Of a DNA stretch of 64,000 bases, positions 1 to 9,180 are shown in pieces. Origin of the DNA: a virus; IMG/VR virus record IMGVR_UViG_3300021426_000003, positions 39,151 to 103,150 of that record. The stretch is one strand, 5' to 3'. Below the pieces are notes generated by a model, which saw nothing but the letters and a program-made list of their open reading frames with translations, made no database searches and was not told the DNA's origin. The position numbers and the translations under genes are program-made. The stretch's first letter is position 1; the number at the start of each line of letters is the position of its first letter.

Positions 1-261
1 ATTATCTACATTTCTTTCAAGTGCTCCCACTTGTGCATCAACAGCTGTAGTACCACTTTTTGTTGTTGATTCTATTAATTTTAAATTTTCTGCTACTTTC
101 GATAATTGTTCTTTTAAATCAGTTGCATCTTCTGCTATTTTGTCAAAACCTTGTGCTTTCTGACTGGCAGATTGTATTTCTTGAAGAGCTTCTCTCATTC
201 CTTTAACAAAATCCTTAGCATCGGATACAATTCTAATTACCATATTTTTACTATCTGCCAT
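1..261 (-). CDS. hypothetical coiled-coil protein, N-terminal part; the ORF runs off the window start and may be the start of a tape-measure or tail protein
   Basis: ATG at 259-261 (minus strand) preceded by a GGAGG RBS; the ORF stays open to position 1; A/Q/E/K-rich heptad-like sequence. Confidence 0.4.
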   Translation of the reverse strand, partial: MADSKNMVIRIVSDAKDFVKGMREALQEIQSASQKAQGFDKIAEDATDLKEQLSKVAENLKLIESTTKSGTTAVDAQVGALERNVDN

Positions 262-278
262 TATTATACCTCCTTAAA

Positions 279-758
279 TTATTTAAAATTTAAAATAGAA
301 TATGAACCAGATTTTGCATTGGCAATAGCATTACTCCCTATTCCTCCATCATTTGAGTCTATTGAATCAAATAAAATTTTTTGATAAGTCAACATATGTT
401 CTAAAATCCATGGAGGAGTAATTTCTATTGAAGGTTCACCATGAATACCCATCAATGAAATATTTAAAACATAATCATTAGAATCATGGTGTTTACCCAT
501 TTTATCTGGAAAAATTTCAACCCCTCCATAAAACCTAGTTCCATGAGGATTTTTATAATATTTTTTACCAGTATTATATAATGAATATTGACGTTTATAA
601 TCTTTGGGATCATAAGACGCATAAAATTGTTGTACGGAATAATTATACTCTTCAGTTAATGCATCTCTGACCTGTATTGCTATATTTTTGGCAATATTAT
701 TTCCATATTTCTGCACATCTTTTTCTAATTCTTTTGGTATTTCTAATTGAATAGACAT
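279..758 (-). CDS. hypothetical protein (tail module, possible assembly chaperone by position)
   Basis: 159-aa ORF, tightly packed with its neighbours in the minus-strand structural block. Confidence 0.45.
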   Translation of the reverse strand: MSIQLEIPKELEKDVQKYGNNIAKNIAIQVRDALTEEYNYSVQQFYASYDPKDYKRQYSLYNTGKKYYKNPHGTRFYGGVEIFPDKMGKHHDSNDYVLNISLMGIHGEPSIEITPPWILEHMLTYQKILFDSIDSNDGGIGSNAIANAKSGSYSILNFK

Positions 759-1337
759 TTATTTCACCTCTTTAAATTTGTCAATCAATTCATTCCAATC
801 AACCTCTTTACTAATCTGTTCAATTCCTCCTAAAAATTTATCAATCACTCCATGAATTATAGGAGCATATTTAAGAACCTGATTAGAAATAAAAGCATGA
901 GGTTCATAATAATTAGTCATCATATCATCACTCTTCATTTTTAATATACTATCCAAAGTTGTAATTAAATTCTCAGGCATTAATTGACAAACAGCTTCAA
1001 CCAATCCTGCTTTAGAAAGAAGATTAAATTCCTCCATCCATTTATCAGAATGAACAGTAATATTAGTATAATGATTAAAAATAGTATAAATATACATAAT
1101 ATATTTTTTACATGTATTAATTTTTACGTTGCCATTTTTGTCATAACAACTATTAGCAAGAATCTGGTCACATAATACTTCAACTACTTCAAAGTTAATA
1201 TAATCAACAAATTTAACAGCAGTTTTTAAATAAGATTCTTTAACAGTTGCCGTACTAAACTTAGTATATTTATTTACAAAATCCCTAACATCAATTTCAA
1301 TCGTATTTTTAATTTCCATATCAATTCTCCTTTTCAA
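759..1337 (-). CDS. hypothetical protein (tail module)
   Basis: 192-aa ORF abutting the 279-758 gene. Confidence 0.45.
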   Translation of the reverse strand: MKRRIDMEIKNTIEIDVRDFVNKYTKFSTATVKESYLKTAVKFVDYINFEVVEVLCDQILANSCYDKNGNVKINTCKKYIMYIYTIFNHYTNITVHSDKWMEEFNLLSKAGLVEAVCQLMPENLITTLDSILKMKSDDMMTNYYEPHAFISNQVLKYAPIIHGVIDKFLGGIEQISKEVDWNELIDKFKEVK

Positions 1338-1381
1338 TCAAAAAAATAGAAGAGAAGAGCACATTATTCTATTTACTCTTC

Positions 1382-1930
1382 CTAACGCCAATCACAATCG
1401 TTTACATACGCTTGTCCAATATTTATAGCATCAGCTTCATTATCATCTACATCTTTATTATATATGTCTTTTATTATTTTAATTGAAGCTGCTTTACAAT
1501 CATCTCTTTTACGAGCAGTAATTCCAACTAATTTTCTCCATTCAGATGGAGTGTATTCTACATAATACACATTAAATTCCCCAGTCTGAAAATTCATTGG
1601 AGTATCCATATTCAATTGTACACAATATGCCCATACACCACCAATTAATTTAACCAGTGTATTAATTGTAGACATATTTTGTCTTTTACCCGAACCCACA
1701 ATATCCTTTTCTATAACTAGAATATCTGGCTCATATTTATTAATAAGTTGAATTATATCTATATACATTATTAGTAATCTGTCTTCAGTTTCTTTTACAT
1801 GAGACCAATCTAAAACTCCCGATTCTTCATATATACCATTCCCAAATATAGCCCACCCCGTCTTTGTGGAACTCGTATCTAAAGATAGAAGAATAGTTTC
1901 TTTATTATGTTTGCCATATTCATTATTCAT
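1382..1930 (-). CDS. RuvC-like Holliday junction resolvase
   Basis: N-terminal LSLDTSSTKTGWAIF resembles the RuvC first-Asp motif; internal VIEKD acidic residue; C-terminal DDNEADAINIGQAYV resembles the RuvC D-x-ADA-x-AIA motif. Confidence 0.6.
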   Translation of the reverse strand: MNNEYGKHNKETILLSLDTSSTKTGWAIFGNGIYEESGVLDWSHVKETEDRLLIMYIDIIQLINKYEPDILVIEKDIVGSGKRQNMSTINTLVKLIGGVWAYCVQLNMDTPMNFQTGEFNVYYVEYTPSEWRKLVGITARKRDDCKAASIKIIKDIYNKDVDDNEADAINIGQAYVNDCDWR

Positions 1931-2172
1931 ACAGTATTTTCCTCTAAAGCATAATTAAGCCAAAGTTTATACGCTTCTTGTGTTTCTTCTTTTAAAAACA
2001 CCATAACAAGTACCGATTCTTCTTTTTTATTTACACTAGTATATATATCTATGGGATATATTTTATTACTTATATATAATTTGGCTTGCTTCATATTAAC
2101 TAATCTAACAACCTCATTCGCATTATATGGTCTAGGTTTTAGATTTGATTGAATATAATCTATATCTTTCAT
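1927..2172 (-). CDS. hypothetical small protein
   Basis: 81-aa ORF overlapping the upstream gene by 4 nt (coupled start). Confidence 0.4.
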   Translation of the reverse strand: MKDIDYIQSNLKPRPYNANEVVRLVNMKQAKLYISNKIYPIDIYTSVNKKEESVLVMVFLKEETQEAYKLWLNYALEENTV

Positions 2173-2284
2173 CCCTTTCCTCCTTTATAAAAATACAAAA
2201 AAAGGGCATAACTCACGAACAGTGAGTTACACCCTAGTATTTCATTTTTAAAAATCACTGTTCAATTAATACAATAAATACGAA

Positions 2285-2725
2285 TTACTTACCATGCTTA
2301 TGAGCAATAGCTTTAGGATATACCTTCTTTGATTCTGATTGAAGATTAGATTTAAAATTAGATACAGTATCATTTGCCATATCTTTTACAATATCTTTTT
2401 TTATTTCTTCATTTTTGATATTATCTTCAAACTTTACTTCGGTCTTATCTTCGGAATCAATTTCTTCCATAATTTCTTTATAGGCTTTACCATAACTTCC
2501 TTTATACTTCATATGTCTGGAAGTATCTTTGGTATCAATAATTTTTTTTGCGTCTTCTTTAGAAATTTTATTATAAATATAATCAGTTAATAAAGAAGTA
2601 ATGTCTTTACAATCTTCACTACAATAACTAAACATCCATACAGGCTTATCTTGAAAAGCGCTGCATGAATTACAGTACTCATATACTTTGCCACATAAAA
2701 TGCAGCTCCTATCATATCTTGCCAT
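2285..2725 (-). CDS. Cys-rich zinc-finger-like protein
   Basis: CILCGKVYEYCNSCSAF...CSEDC cysteine cluster near the N-terminus; K/E-rich C-terminus. Confidence 0.45.
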   Translation of the reverse strand: MARYDRSCILCGKVYEYCNSCSAFQDKPVWMFSYCSEDCKDITSLLTDYIYNKISKEDAKKIIDTKDTSRHMKYKGSYGKAYKEIMEEIDSEDKTEVKFEDNIKNEEIKKDIVKDMANDTVSNFKSNLQSESKKVYPKAIAHKHGK

Positions 2726-2785
2726 ATCTGTTTATCTCCTTTTTGAATGTTTATTTATTTATTATATATTATATACATATTAGGA

Positions 2786-3985
2786 TTATTTTATAATACC
2801 TAATTCTTTTCCTTTTCTAATATAACGTCTAACGGTATTAGTGCAAACATCTATCTTTTGAGCTATTTTAGAATAATCTATACAACCATTATTAAATAAT
2901 TCACATGCAGTTTTTAGTCTGTTACACTGAGCGTATTTATCTGCCTTTTCAATATCTATCTCTTTTAAAATAGTAGATAAATTAGATTCTTTTATTGAAT
3001 TAACTATATACCAATTTTCAGACAAACTACAATCTAATTCTATGTATTTATCTATTCCATTGCTTAAAGCCAATTGACGTTTTGTTTTATCAATTTTTCT
3101 TTGCAAATCAACTTTATACCAACCATCTTCATAATGTTGTCTACCATGTGTCTCTATAATCCAATTGTAATCTGGTAGATAAAAATCATATTTATATTTA
3201 CCACACCAATCATAATCACTTTTAGATAATTGGTATTTAAAACTGATTTTGTTTTGTTTTAAAATATAAACTAAAAACTTTTCAGGATAACTAAATCCAT
3301 CTGAACAATAAGGACATCCAAAACTCTGAAAATATAAATTATAAAAGGACATCTTCTTTTCATATCCACAAGTTGGACATTTCATTAAAGTGGATTTATT
3401 AGTCGTTTTTGTATGATTATATCCAAATTCTTTATCAACTAGATATACCATTAAATCAGGAGCAGTAGTACTAATATCATTAACACCTTTAATAACTTTT
3501 GTTCCTGCACAACAACTACAGCCTTTTTTATCTTTTAAATCTGTTTCGTTAATCCAAAAATCATCCATAGTACAATCATAACCACATACGTTACATTTAT
3601 ACTGATACCATTTATAATTACGTTCGTATCCTTTTTTAAAATCAGGATTATCTTTAGAATAATATTTAGCAGTGATTGTTATATCTGTTTTATACCCTTT
3701 TTTATCATATTGAATATTTTCTCCAATATGATATTTCCAATCTACTTCTTCATCAAATATTTTAGCAATTTTTCCTTTACGAATATATTTACCATAAACC
3801 ATTGTGGTTTTATTATTATATTTTATATACACTTTATCTCTACTTTCGTAATTTATGATTTCAAAAAAATCTTTTAACCCATCATATTCAAATGGAATTT
3901 TTAATCCAATTGCTTTACTCCAGTCATATATAATTCGTGTATCATTTTTCTTTGTTGGGATTTGTGATAAATCACATTTTCTCAT
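2786..3985 (-). CDS. putative homing endonuclease: two zinc ribbons, a Vsr/DUF559-like PD-(D/E)xK nuclease core and a C-terminal HTH
   Basis: CNVCGYDC..CSCC and CPTCGY..CPYC ribbons; DFYLPDYNWIIETHGRQH matches the DF-LP...IE-DG-H pattern of Vsr/DUF559-like endonucleases; C-terminal TNTVRRYIRKGKELGII is HTH-like; strong AAGGAGG RBS. Confidence 0.55.
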   Translation of the reverse strand: MRKCDLSQIPTKKNDTRIIYDWSKAIGLKIPFEYDGLKDFFEIINYESRDKVYIKYNNKTTMVYGKYIRKGKIAKIFDEEVDWKYHIGENIQYDKKGYKTDITITAKYYSKDNPDFKKGYERNYKWYQYKCNVCGYDCTMDDFWINETDLKDKKGCSCCAGTKVIKGVNDISTTAPDLMVYLVDKEFGYNHTKTTNKSTLMKCPTCGYEKKMSFYNLYFQSFGCPYCSDGFSYPEKFLVYILKQNKISFKYQLSKSDYDWCGKYKYDFYLPDYNWIIETHGRQHYEDGWYKVDLQRKIDKTKRQLALSNGIDKYIELDCSLSENWYIVNSIKESNLSTILKEIDIEKADKYAQCNRLKTACELFNNGCIDYSKIAQKIDVCTNTVRRYIRKGKELGIIK

Positions 3986-4014
3986 TTAATTATTCCTCCT
4001 TAAAATAATTTCTC

Positions 4015-4052
4015 CTAATTAATAAAAGAAGAGGGGTAGGAGTTCCCCTCTT
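4015..4052 (-). terminator. intrinsic terminator (minus strand)
   Basis: Perfect 8-bp stem AAGAGGGG/CCCCTCTT with an 8-nt loop, followed on the minus strand by CUUUUAUUAAUU. Confidence 0.55.
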
Positions 4053-4094
4053 ATCAATACAGTTCATGACGCTGTATCTATCTTTTAAGAAATA

Positions 4095-4122
4095 ATATGG
4101 TGCGTTTTGAGGCGCACCATAT
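4095..4122 (-). terminator. stem-loop, possible second terminator
   Basis: 10-bp stem ATATGGTGCG/CGCACCATAT with an 8-nt loop, followed on the minus strand by UAUUUCUU. Confidence 0.4.
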
Positions 4123-4639
4123 CTAATATTTAACATATATAATATATACATATTAATTATATATATTATTCATATAATGTCAAGAGATTAATCTTCCTCT
4201 GCATCTTCTGTAGCATAGTAAACCTGATACAGAGTCTTATCAACGGAACAGTACAATTATACCCTCGGTTTCCCGATATTTCTTAGGGGTTTAGAGCACA
4301 TCATCATCTTGTATTAATAAACAAGAGCAAGGCACTTCAGATAAAAGAATTTCACTTTTATCCTACAGACTTCATCATCTCATTAAGATGGTATGTCCTG
4401 CTCGTTTGACCTTCAAGAATATTACTATTCAAGCTTGGCACTGGATTGCCATTTTAAAGGTTTCCCAGTTAGCATAATTTCTAATCGTCATTTCCTACGA
4501 TTCCTAAACGTAAATTACACACCATATATTTATATGTTCACCTTGTTTAACGTGGACAACTTGTCCCGAATTTTATCCACCTGTAAATCACCTGTAAAAT
4601 CAATAGAGGTGTCATCACCACCCAGCGCAATAGTAGTCT

Positions 4640-5000
4640 CAGGACTAGGCTGGAAGGAAGGAAGCACAATATAAACCATTCTGTTACTTTCCCTGTGCAA
4701 AGGGTACTGACCATTTCTGGCGAGTAGGAGTTTCCACCTACTTCTCACGTTTCTTATTTAGATTATTGCGTGAGGTCGGACTATATATCATCCCTACTAA
4801 ATTAGGGCAACAGCTTCAATAATATAATTACTTATATCATCCTGTAGTCTCTGCGGATTCTTGATGTAATATCAAGTCTTTCCTCAGGATTACCCATCTC
4901 TGAGCTTCCCCTGATATAGCTGTTATTGACGTTCGTTTTTTAACGATACTGAACGTACATAGATTACTCTATGATAGCCATTTATGATTTCGTAATAACG
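4640..5000 (-). ncRNA. group I intron-like ribozyme core (boundaries approximate)
   Basis: On the minus strand: GCAGAGACUACAGG (R/P7-5'-like, rc of 4841-4854) and GAUAUAUAGUCCGACC (S/P7-3'-like, rc of 4775-4790) about 60 nt apart. UCAGGGGAAGCUCAGAGAUGG (rc of 4904-4924) is very similar to the Tetrahymena P5b segment UCAGGGGAAACUUUGAGAUGG. Several hairpins lie between; GC is elevated and there is no ORF. Confidence 0.5.
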
Positions 5001-5647
5001 TTTATAAATAAACGAAATCCCGAAGCTCTAAGCGTATCGGCTTCGCATGGATCAACACACAGACCCTTCATTGTAAGTTTAACAGTCTTAGGGAACTTAT
5101 CAGCGGAGTTCAGAATATAAACACCTTCGTTCACATTTCTATCAAACTTAACAACATACTGTTCCTCATTTGTATCTGTAGGAGCAGTAAGCTTTGTGCC
5201 AGCAAGACCAAATGCTGTAGCAGAAGCTGTAGCATCCTGAGTATAAGCCTTACCCATAGCACCATTAGTAGCAAGAGCATTAACAGTCAGTCTAGCACCA
5301 GCTGTATAACCAGTACCAAGGTCAACTGTTTCACCTCTCTTAACAGTGATAATCTTAGGCATCAGAATAGGAGCTTCAGTAGTAGCAAGTTTAGCATCAT
5401 TACCAGACTGAGCAGCCAGAACGTTAAGGTTCAGCATTGCGTTAGTAGCGGTAAATGTACCAGTCTTAGCTCTCCAGAATCTCTTAATCAGAGTACCATC
5501 TTTATCAGTTGTATCTTTGGACTCAGCAGAAATTTCGATAGAAGCATCGGAAAGCTGAGTAAGAACATACAGAGGTGTTCCATCGAACTTTTCAGCCATA
5601 GCCATTTGGATTCTATCAATAATCAAATCACCTAATTTAAAAGCCAT
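4982..5647 (-). CDS. putative major tail protein (abundant structural protein); the 3' end is possibly intron-derived
   Basis: 221-aa ORF with GC-richer, highly-expressed-style codon usage and strong RBS; lies upstream of chaperone-sized genes and the tape-measure-like start. The last ~12 codons switch to AU-rich sequence and run into the ribozyme-like region. Confidence 0.5.
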   Translation of the reverse strand: MAFKLGDLIIDRIQMAMAEKFDGTPLYVLTQLSDASIEISAESKDTTDKDGTLIKRFWRAKTGTFTATNAMLNLNVLAAQSGNDAKLATTEAPILMPKIITVKRGETVDLGTGYTAGARLTVNALATNGAMGKAYTQDATASATAFGLAGTKLTAPTDTNEEQYVVKFDRNVNEGVYILNSADKFPKTVKLTMKGLCVDPCEADTLRASGFRLFINVITKS

Positions 5648-5668
5648 GATAGTATTCTCCTTTCAAAT

Positions 5669-6481
5669 TTATTTTTTATTTGCGGGTTTTATATCTCTCA
5701 TGAAATCAAACTCTTCTTTATCAATTCCTTTTGTATCAATAAAACCACTATACATTCCTTTAAGTAGAGCAGTGGTAGATTCATAAACCTGAAGACGTTG
5801 TACACTTCTCATAAATTCATAAATACCAACTTCTCTTAATTCATTTTTTTTATATTTAAAACCAGCATGACAACAACAAGATTCAATCAATGGTAAAAAG
5901 GTAGAAGTAGTATCTTCTTTTTTAGCATTAGCTAAATTCATTCTATCTTCTTCAATAATCCATTTCTTAGTTGTTTTCCCTTTGGCTTTTTCAACTTTAG
6001 GAAAGATATTAAACATCGTTCTTATATATAGAGCAATGTTCTTATATATATCTTCATTTATTTCAATGTCTAATTCAGAATTCCAAAGAACCATTTCCTG
6101 TTTAGGTTCTGATTCTTCTTTATTATCAGATTCATCCTCATTTGGAATTTGTTTCATGTAAGCATCAAATGAAGATAAATCTAAATCCCCAAATAATATT
6201 TCTGTATTTTCAACTTTTAAAGTTTTAATTAATAATGAAAATAATTGAAAATCGGATATCTCATTCCAATCAATTCCCATGTCCCACAGTAATAATCTAT
6301 AAGATGTTGTATTTCCAATAAATACATTGAGCATTGACCAGAATTCAGATTCTCCAAATTTTTTATCATATTCTAATATTCCACCAATAGTAGGTTGGTA
6401 TACAAGAATTTTATCTGAGACTTGATATGGGTCACCAAAATATAACTGTAATAAACTAATATCAGAATTTGAAGGTGTCAT
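5669..6481 (-). CDS. hypothetical structural protein
   Basis: ORF 5669-6514; the internal ATG at 6479-6481 has a GGGGAG RBS and removes most of the overlap with the upstream gene. Confidence 0.45.
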   Translation of the reverse strand: MTPSNSDISLLQLYFGDPYQVSDKILVYQPTIGGILEYDKKFGESEFWSMLNVFIGNTTSYRLLLWDMGIDWNEISDFQLFSLLIKTLKVENTEILFGDLDLSSFDAYMKQIPNEDESDNKEESEPKQEMVLWNSELDIEINEDIYKNIALYIRTMFNIFPKVEKAKGKTTKKWIIEEDRMNLANAKKEDTTSTFLPLIESCCCHAGFKYKKNELREVGIYEFMRSVQRLQVYESTTALLKGMYSGFIDTKGIDKEEFDFMRDIKPANKK

Positions 6482-7076
6482 ATTTATTATTTCTCCCCAT
6501 ATGTTTATTAACAAGATTAGGAGTTTTAATTAAAAAACGCATTCTTCTACTATAATAATCAGCATCCAGTATATAAGGTCTATCTTCTTCAAGAACCACT
6601 TGGAATCCTAAAGCATTAGTCCAACATAACAAATCTCTGACTATATAGCCCAATAAATCAGTTCTTACAATTCCATATTCTGTTTCCATATCATCCTCAT
6701 GAACAACACACATAACTTCAATGTATTGTTTTTTAATAGTGTCATTATAATAATCAACACCATCATCTCTGATATCAAACATAACAAAATTTAAAACTTC
6801 TTTTTGCAAACCATTAAGTTTTAAAAAAGGAACAATTTGTTCATGTTTAATTTTTTCATTATATTCAATTATTTCCTGTCTTTTTTTTAATTCTTCTTCA
6901 GTTGGATTATCTACATCTGAATATTCATTCAATGGCTTAGGTTCTAAAACACCAAGCACATCTTTTAAATCTGGGTCTTCATTAAACATTTTTAATAGTT
7001 TATCTTTTTTATATATTATGTCATTGTTATTTCTATCATCTAAGTCCCTAGAAATTCCTTTTATATCCCTTTTCAT
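6462..7076 (-). CDS. hypothetical structural protein
   Basis: 204-aa ORF, start coupled to the stop of the upstream gene. Confidence 0.45.
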   Translation of the reverse strand: MKRDIKGISRDLDDRNNNDIIYKKDKLLKMFNEDPDLKDVLGVLEPKPLNEYSDVDNPTEEELKKRQEIIEYNEKIKHEQIVPFLKLNGLQKEVLNFVMFDIRDDGVDYYNDTIKKQYIEVMCVVHEDDMETEYGIVRTDLLGYIVRDLLCWTNALGFQVVLEEDRPYILDADYYSRRMRFLIKTPNLVNKHMGRNNKYDTFKF

Positions 7077-8290
7077 TTTTGAACCTCCAACTCAATAGAA
7101 GATACATAATCACCATTCGAGTCTTGAACGGATAAAATAAACTTTTCACCCACTAACTTATTAGTTTTAGCAGGTTTAATAGAAATAGTAGATTTATCTA
7201 TTTGACGCATTACAATTAAATCACATAAGTGTTTAATTTCTTCTTCTGATAATTCAGAAGTGCCATTATAATCAATACGCCATTCTGCATTTAAATCTTG
7301 AAGTTTACCTTTTAAGAAAAACTCAACATTAAAATAAGAAGTTTTTGCTATATGTAATATCTTGTCCTGCGCACGATTTCGTTGTAATACACCATCCTCA
7401 TCAATAATAGCAGACCACAAATAACTTCTTGCGGTATCATCTACATGAGATTCTTGTTTAGTAACAACTTCACCAGAACCGTTATAATAATTACAAAGCA
7501 TCAAATCTACATTATCTCTAGTTTCATCTAATTCATCCTGCTTTAAAGTTAATTTAATAACCCCTTGAGGTATTAAATCTTGAACTTTTGTAACAGAATA
7601 AACTTTTGGGTCAAGCATATTATGTGTAAGCATGAATCTATGCTCATGTTGAAGATAACGAGTATCACAAAGATTATAATCAGACAACTTATCTCCATAT
7701 AAAAGATAAGTATCTGGTAACCATGCGTTTGTAATATTATCCAAAGCCGTTGAATAATCCGCAGTCCAAACACCACTCGTATAACTATTAGCATTTCTAA
7801 TTGCTGACCATACATTTAATATTTTATTCTCACCATTCACTCTTGCTACCCATCTTAAATTCCAATTGCATTTAATAATATTATATCTAACAAACTCATT
7901 AGCATCATTTCTGCCAACTATCATCCATAATTTATTAACATCAAAATTTTCATCTTTAAAAGGGTCAGATGGTTCATAATCTTCAAAACCAATTTCATAA
8001 TCTTCATCATTAGGAATAAACACATATGTTCCAACAGGATAATGAATACGAGGTCTGAATTGAAGATAATAATCAACCGCATCTTTTAAAATTGATGGAG
8101 TAGCATGTTTAGAATATTTTGCATCTTCATAAATCCATCCTTCTTCTTTATCTAATATATATACTCGTTTATATCCTATATCCCCTGTAAAAGTAGCATT
8201 CATCACCATAGCAGAATTATACTGTCTAACCTGTGATAAATTCCTACCTTTGTTATTTAACATAGTTTGATACATATCAGAAGTAATCAA
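7073..8290 (-). CDS. hypothetical structural protein (405 aa)
   Basis: Long ORF in the head-tail joining/tail region with coupled start and stop. Confidence 0.5.
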   Translation of the reverse strand: MITSDMYQTMLNNKGRNLSQVRQYNSAMVMNATFTGDIGYKRVYILDKEEGWIYEDAKYSKHATPSILKDAVDYYLQFRPRIHYPVGTYVFIPNDEDYEIGFEDYEPSDPFKDENFDVNKLWMIVGRNDANEFVRYNIIKCNWNLRWVARVNGENKILNVWSAIRNANSYTSGVWTADYSTALDNITNAWLPDTYLLYGDKLSDYNLCDTRYLQHEHRFMLTHNMLDPKVYSVTKVQDLIPQGVIKLTLKQDELDETRDNVDLMLCNYYNGSGEVVTKQESHVDDTARSYLWSAIIDEDGVLQRNRAQDKILHIAKTSYFNVEFFLKGKLQDLNAEWRIDYNGTSELSEEEIKHLCDLIVMRQIDKSTISIKPAKTNKLVGEKFILSVQDSNGDYVSSIELEVQK

Positions 8291-8622
8291 TTAGATACCT
8301 CTTGTATTTTATCTACTAGCGAGTGGGCATCTAGGATACATTTTCTATAATTATGATAATTAAAAGGATTCTGCTTTGTTTCTCTATATGCTGTCTGCAA
8401 TAAACAAGTAATCTCTACAATCTGTGGAGGATAGAAGAGTAGTTCATTTAAACTGTCTATCTCTTGCATTAAAGAAACAAAATATTTATTAAAATCTACA
8501 TTAGGATATTCATTTATTTTTTTAGGGTCTTTATATAGAATTAACCAATGAATTTTACTATGTAGTTGTTTTTTAAATTGTTCAAACTGCTCATCACTAA
8601 AGTGACCATATAAATATTTCAT
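8287..8622 (-). CDS. hypothetical head-tail protein
   Basis: ORF 8287-8661; the ATG at 8620-8622 has a GAGGTGAG RBS and avoids overlap with the upstream gene. Confidence 0.45.
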   Translation of the reverse strand: MKYLYGHFSDEQFEQFKKQLHSKIHWLILYKDPKKINEYPNVDFNKYFVSLMQEIDSLNELLFYPPQIVEITCLLQTAYRETKQNPFNYHNYRKCILDAHSLVDKIQEVSN

Positions 8623-8623
8623 A

Positions 8624-9169
8624 TTACTCACCTCGCAGTCTTGAACTTTTAGATGTACCATTAATATATGAATTATTAGAATAACCTCTATCTCTAATTA
8701 AACTCCTTTGATGATTAATTAAATCATCACGAAGATTTCTTAATTCAGATAAATGAGTTTGTTGTGCATAAAATTTTTCATCCGAAGTACCAAAAAATTG
8801 AGCAATATTAGTCAAACTATATATCTTCGGTTCAAGCCAACAAAGTGCCATACCATAAGCAAGGACTTCAATGACAAATTGTTTATCACCAAAGTCCTCA
8901 TCTATTACATTATTTAATTCATATTCTATCATACCGTCTACATCTATTAATTCCCCTGTATCAGGGTCTTCATCTTGATAAGGGTCTGATAAAGTGACAG
9001 TCGAAAACAATCTATTAACATAAGGTTTCCCAATAGAAGAGTGCAGCCAACTACACAAAAGAGCCTCTCTATATTCATCACTTATATTCTTATCAAAGAT
9101 GTCATATCCTTCAATCTTTAAAAAGAATTGAGAATAAACTTCTTTATAGTTAATGGTCTGAAGAGGCAT
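8624..9169 (-). CDS. hypothetical head-tail connector-region protein
   Basis: 181-aa ORF downstream of the capsid gene. Confidence 0.45.
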   Translation of the reverse strand: MPLQTINYKEVYSQFFLKIEGYDIFDKNISDEYREALLCSWLHSSIGKPYVNRLFSTVTLSDPYQDEDPDTGELIDVDGMIEYELNNVIDEDFGDKQFVIEVLAYGMALCWLEPKIYSLTNIAQFFGTSDEKFYAQQTHLSELRNLRDDLINHQRSLIRDRGYSNNSYINGTSKSSRLRGE

Positions 9170-9180
9170 TGTGTACCTCC

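Noticed and set aside
151-384. 77-aa plus-strand ORF at the window start
   Set aside because: It is antisense to the better-supported minus-strand gene that starts at 261 and to the 279-758 gene, and it has no RBS.
4393-4674. 93-aa plus-strand ORF in the intron-like region
   Set aside because: It is on the opposite strand to all transcription here and has no RBS. The region is better explained as structured RNA.
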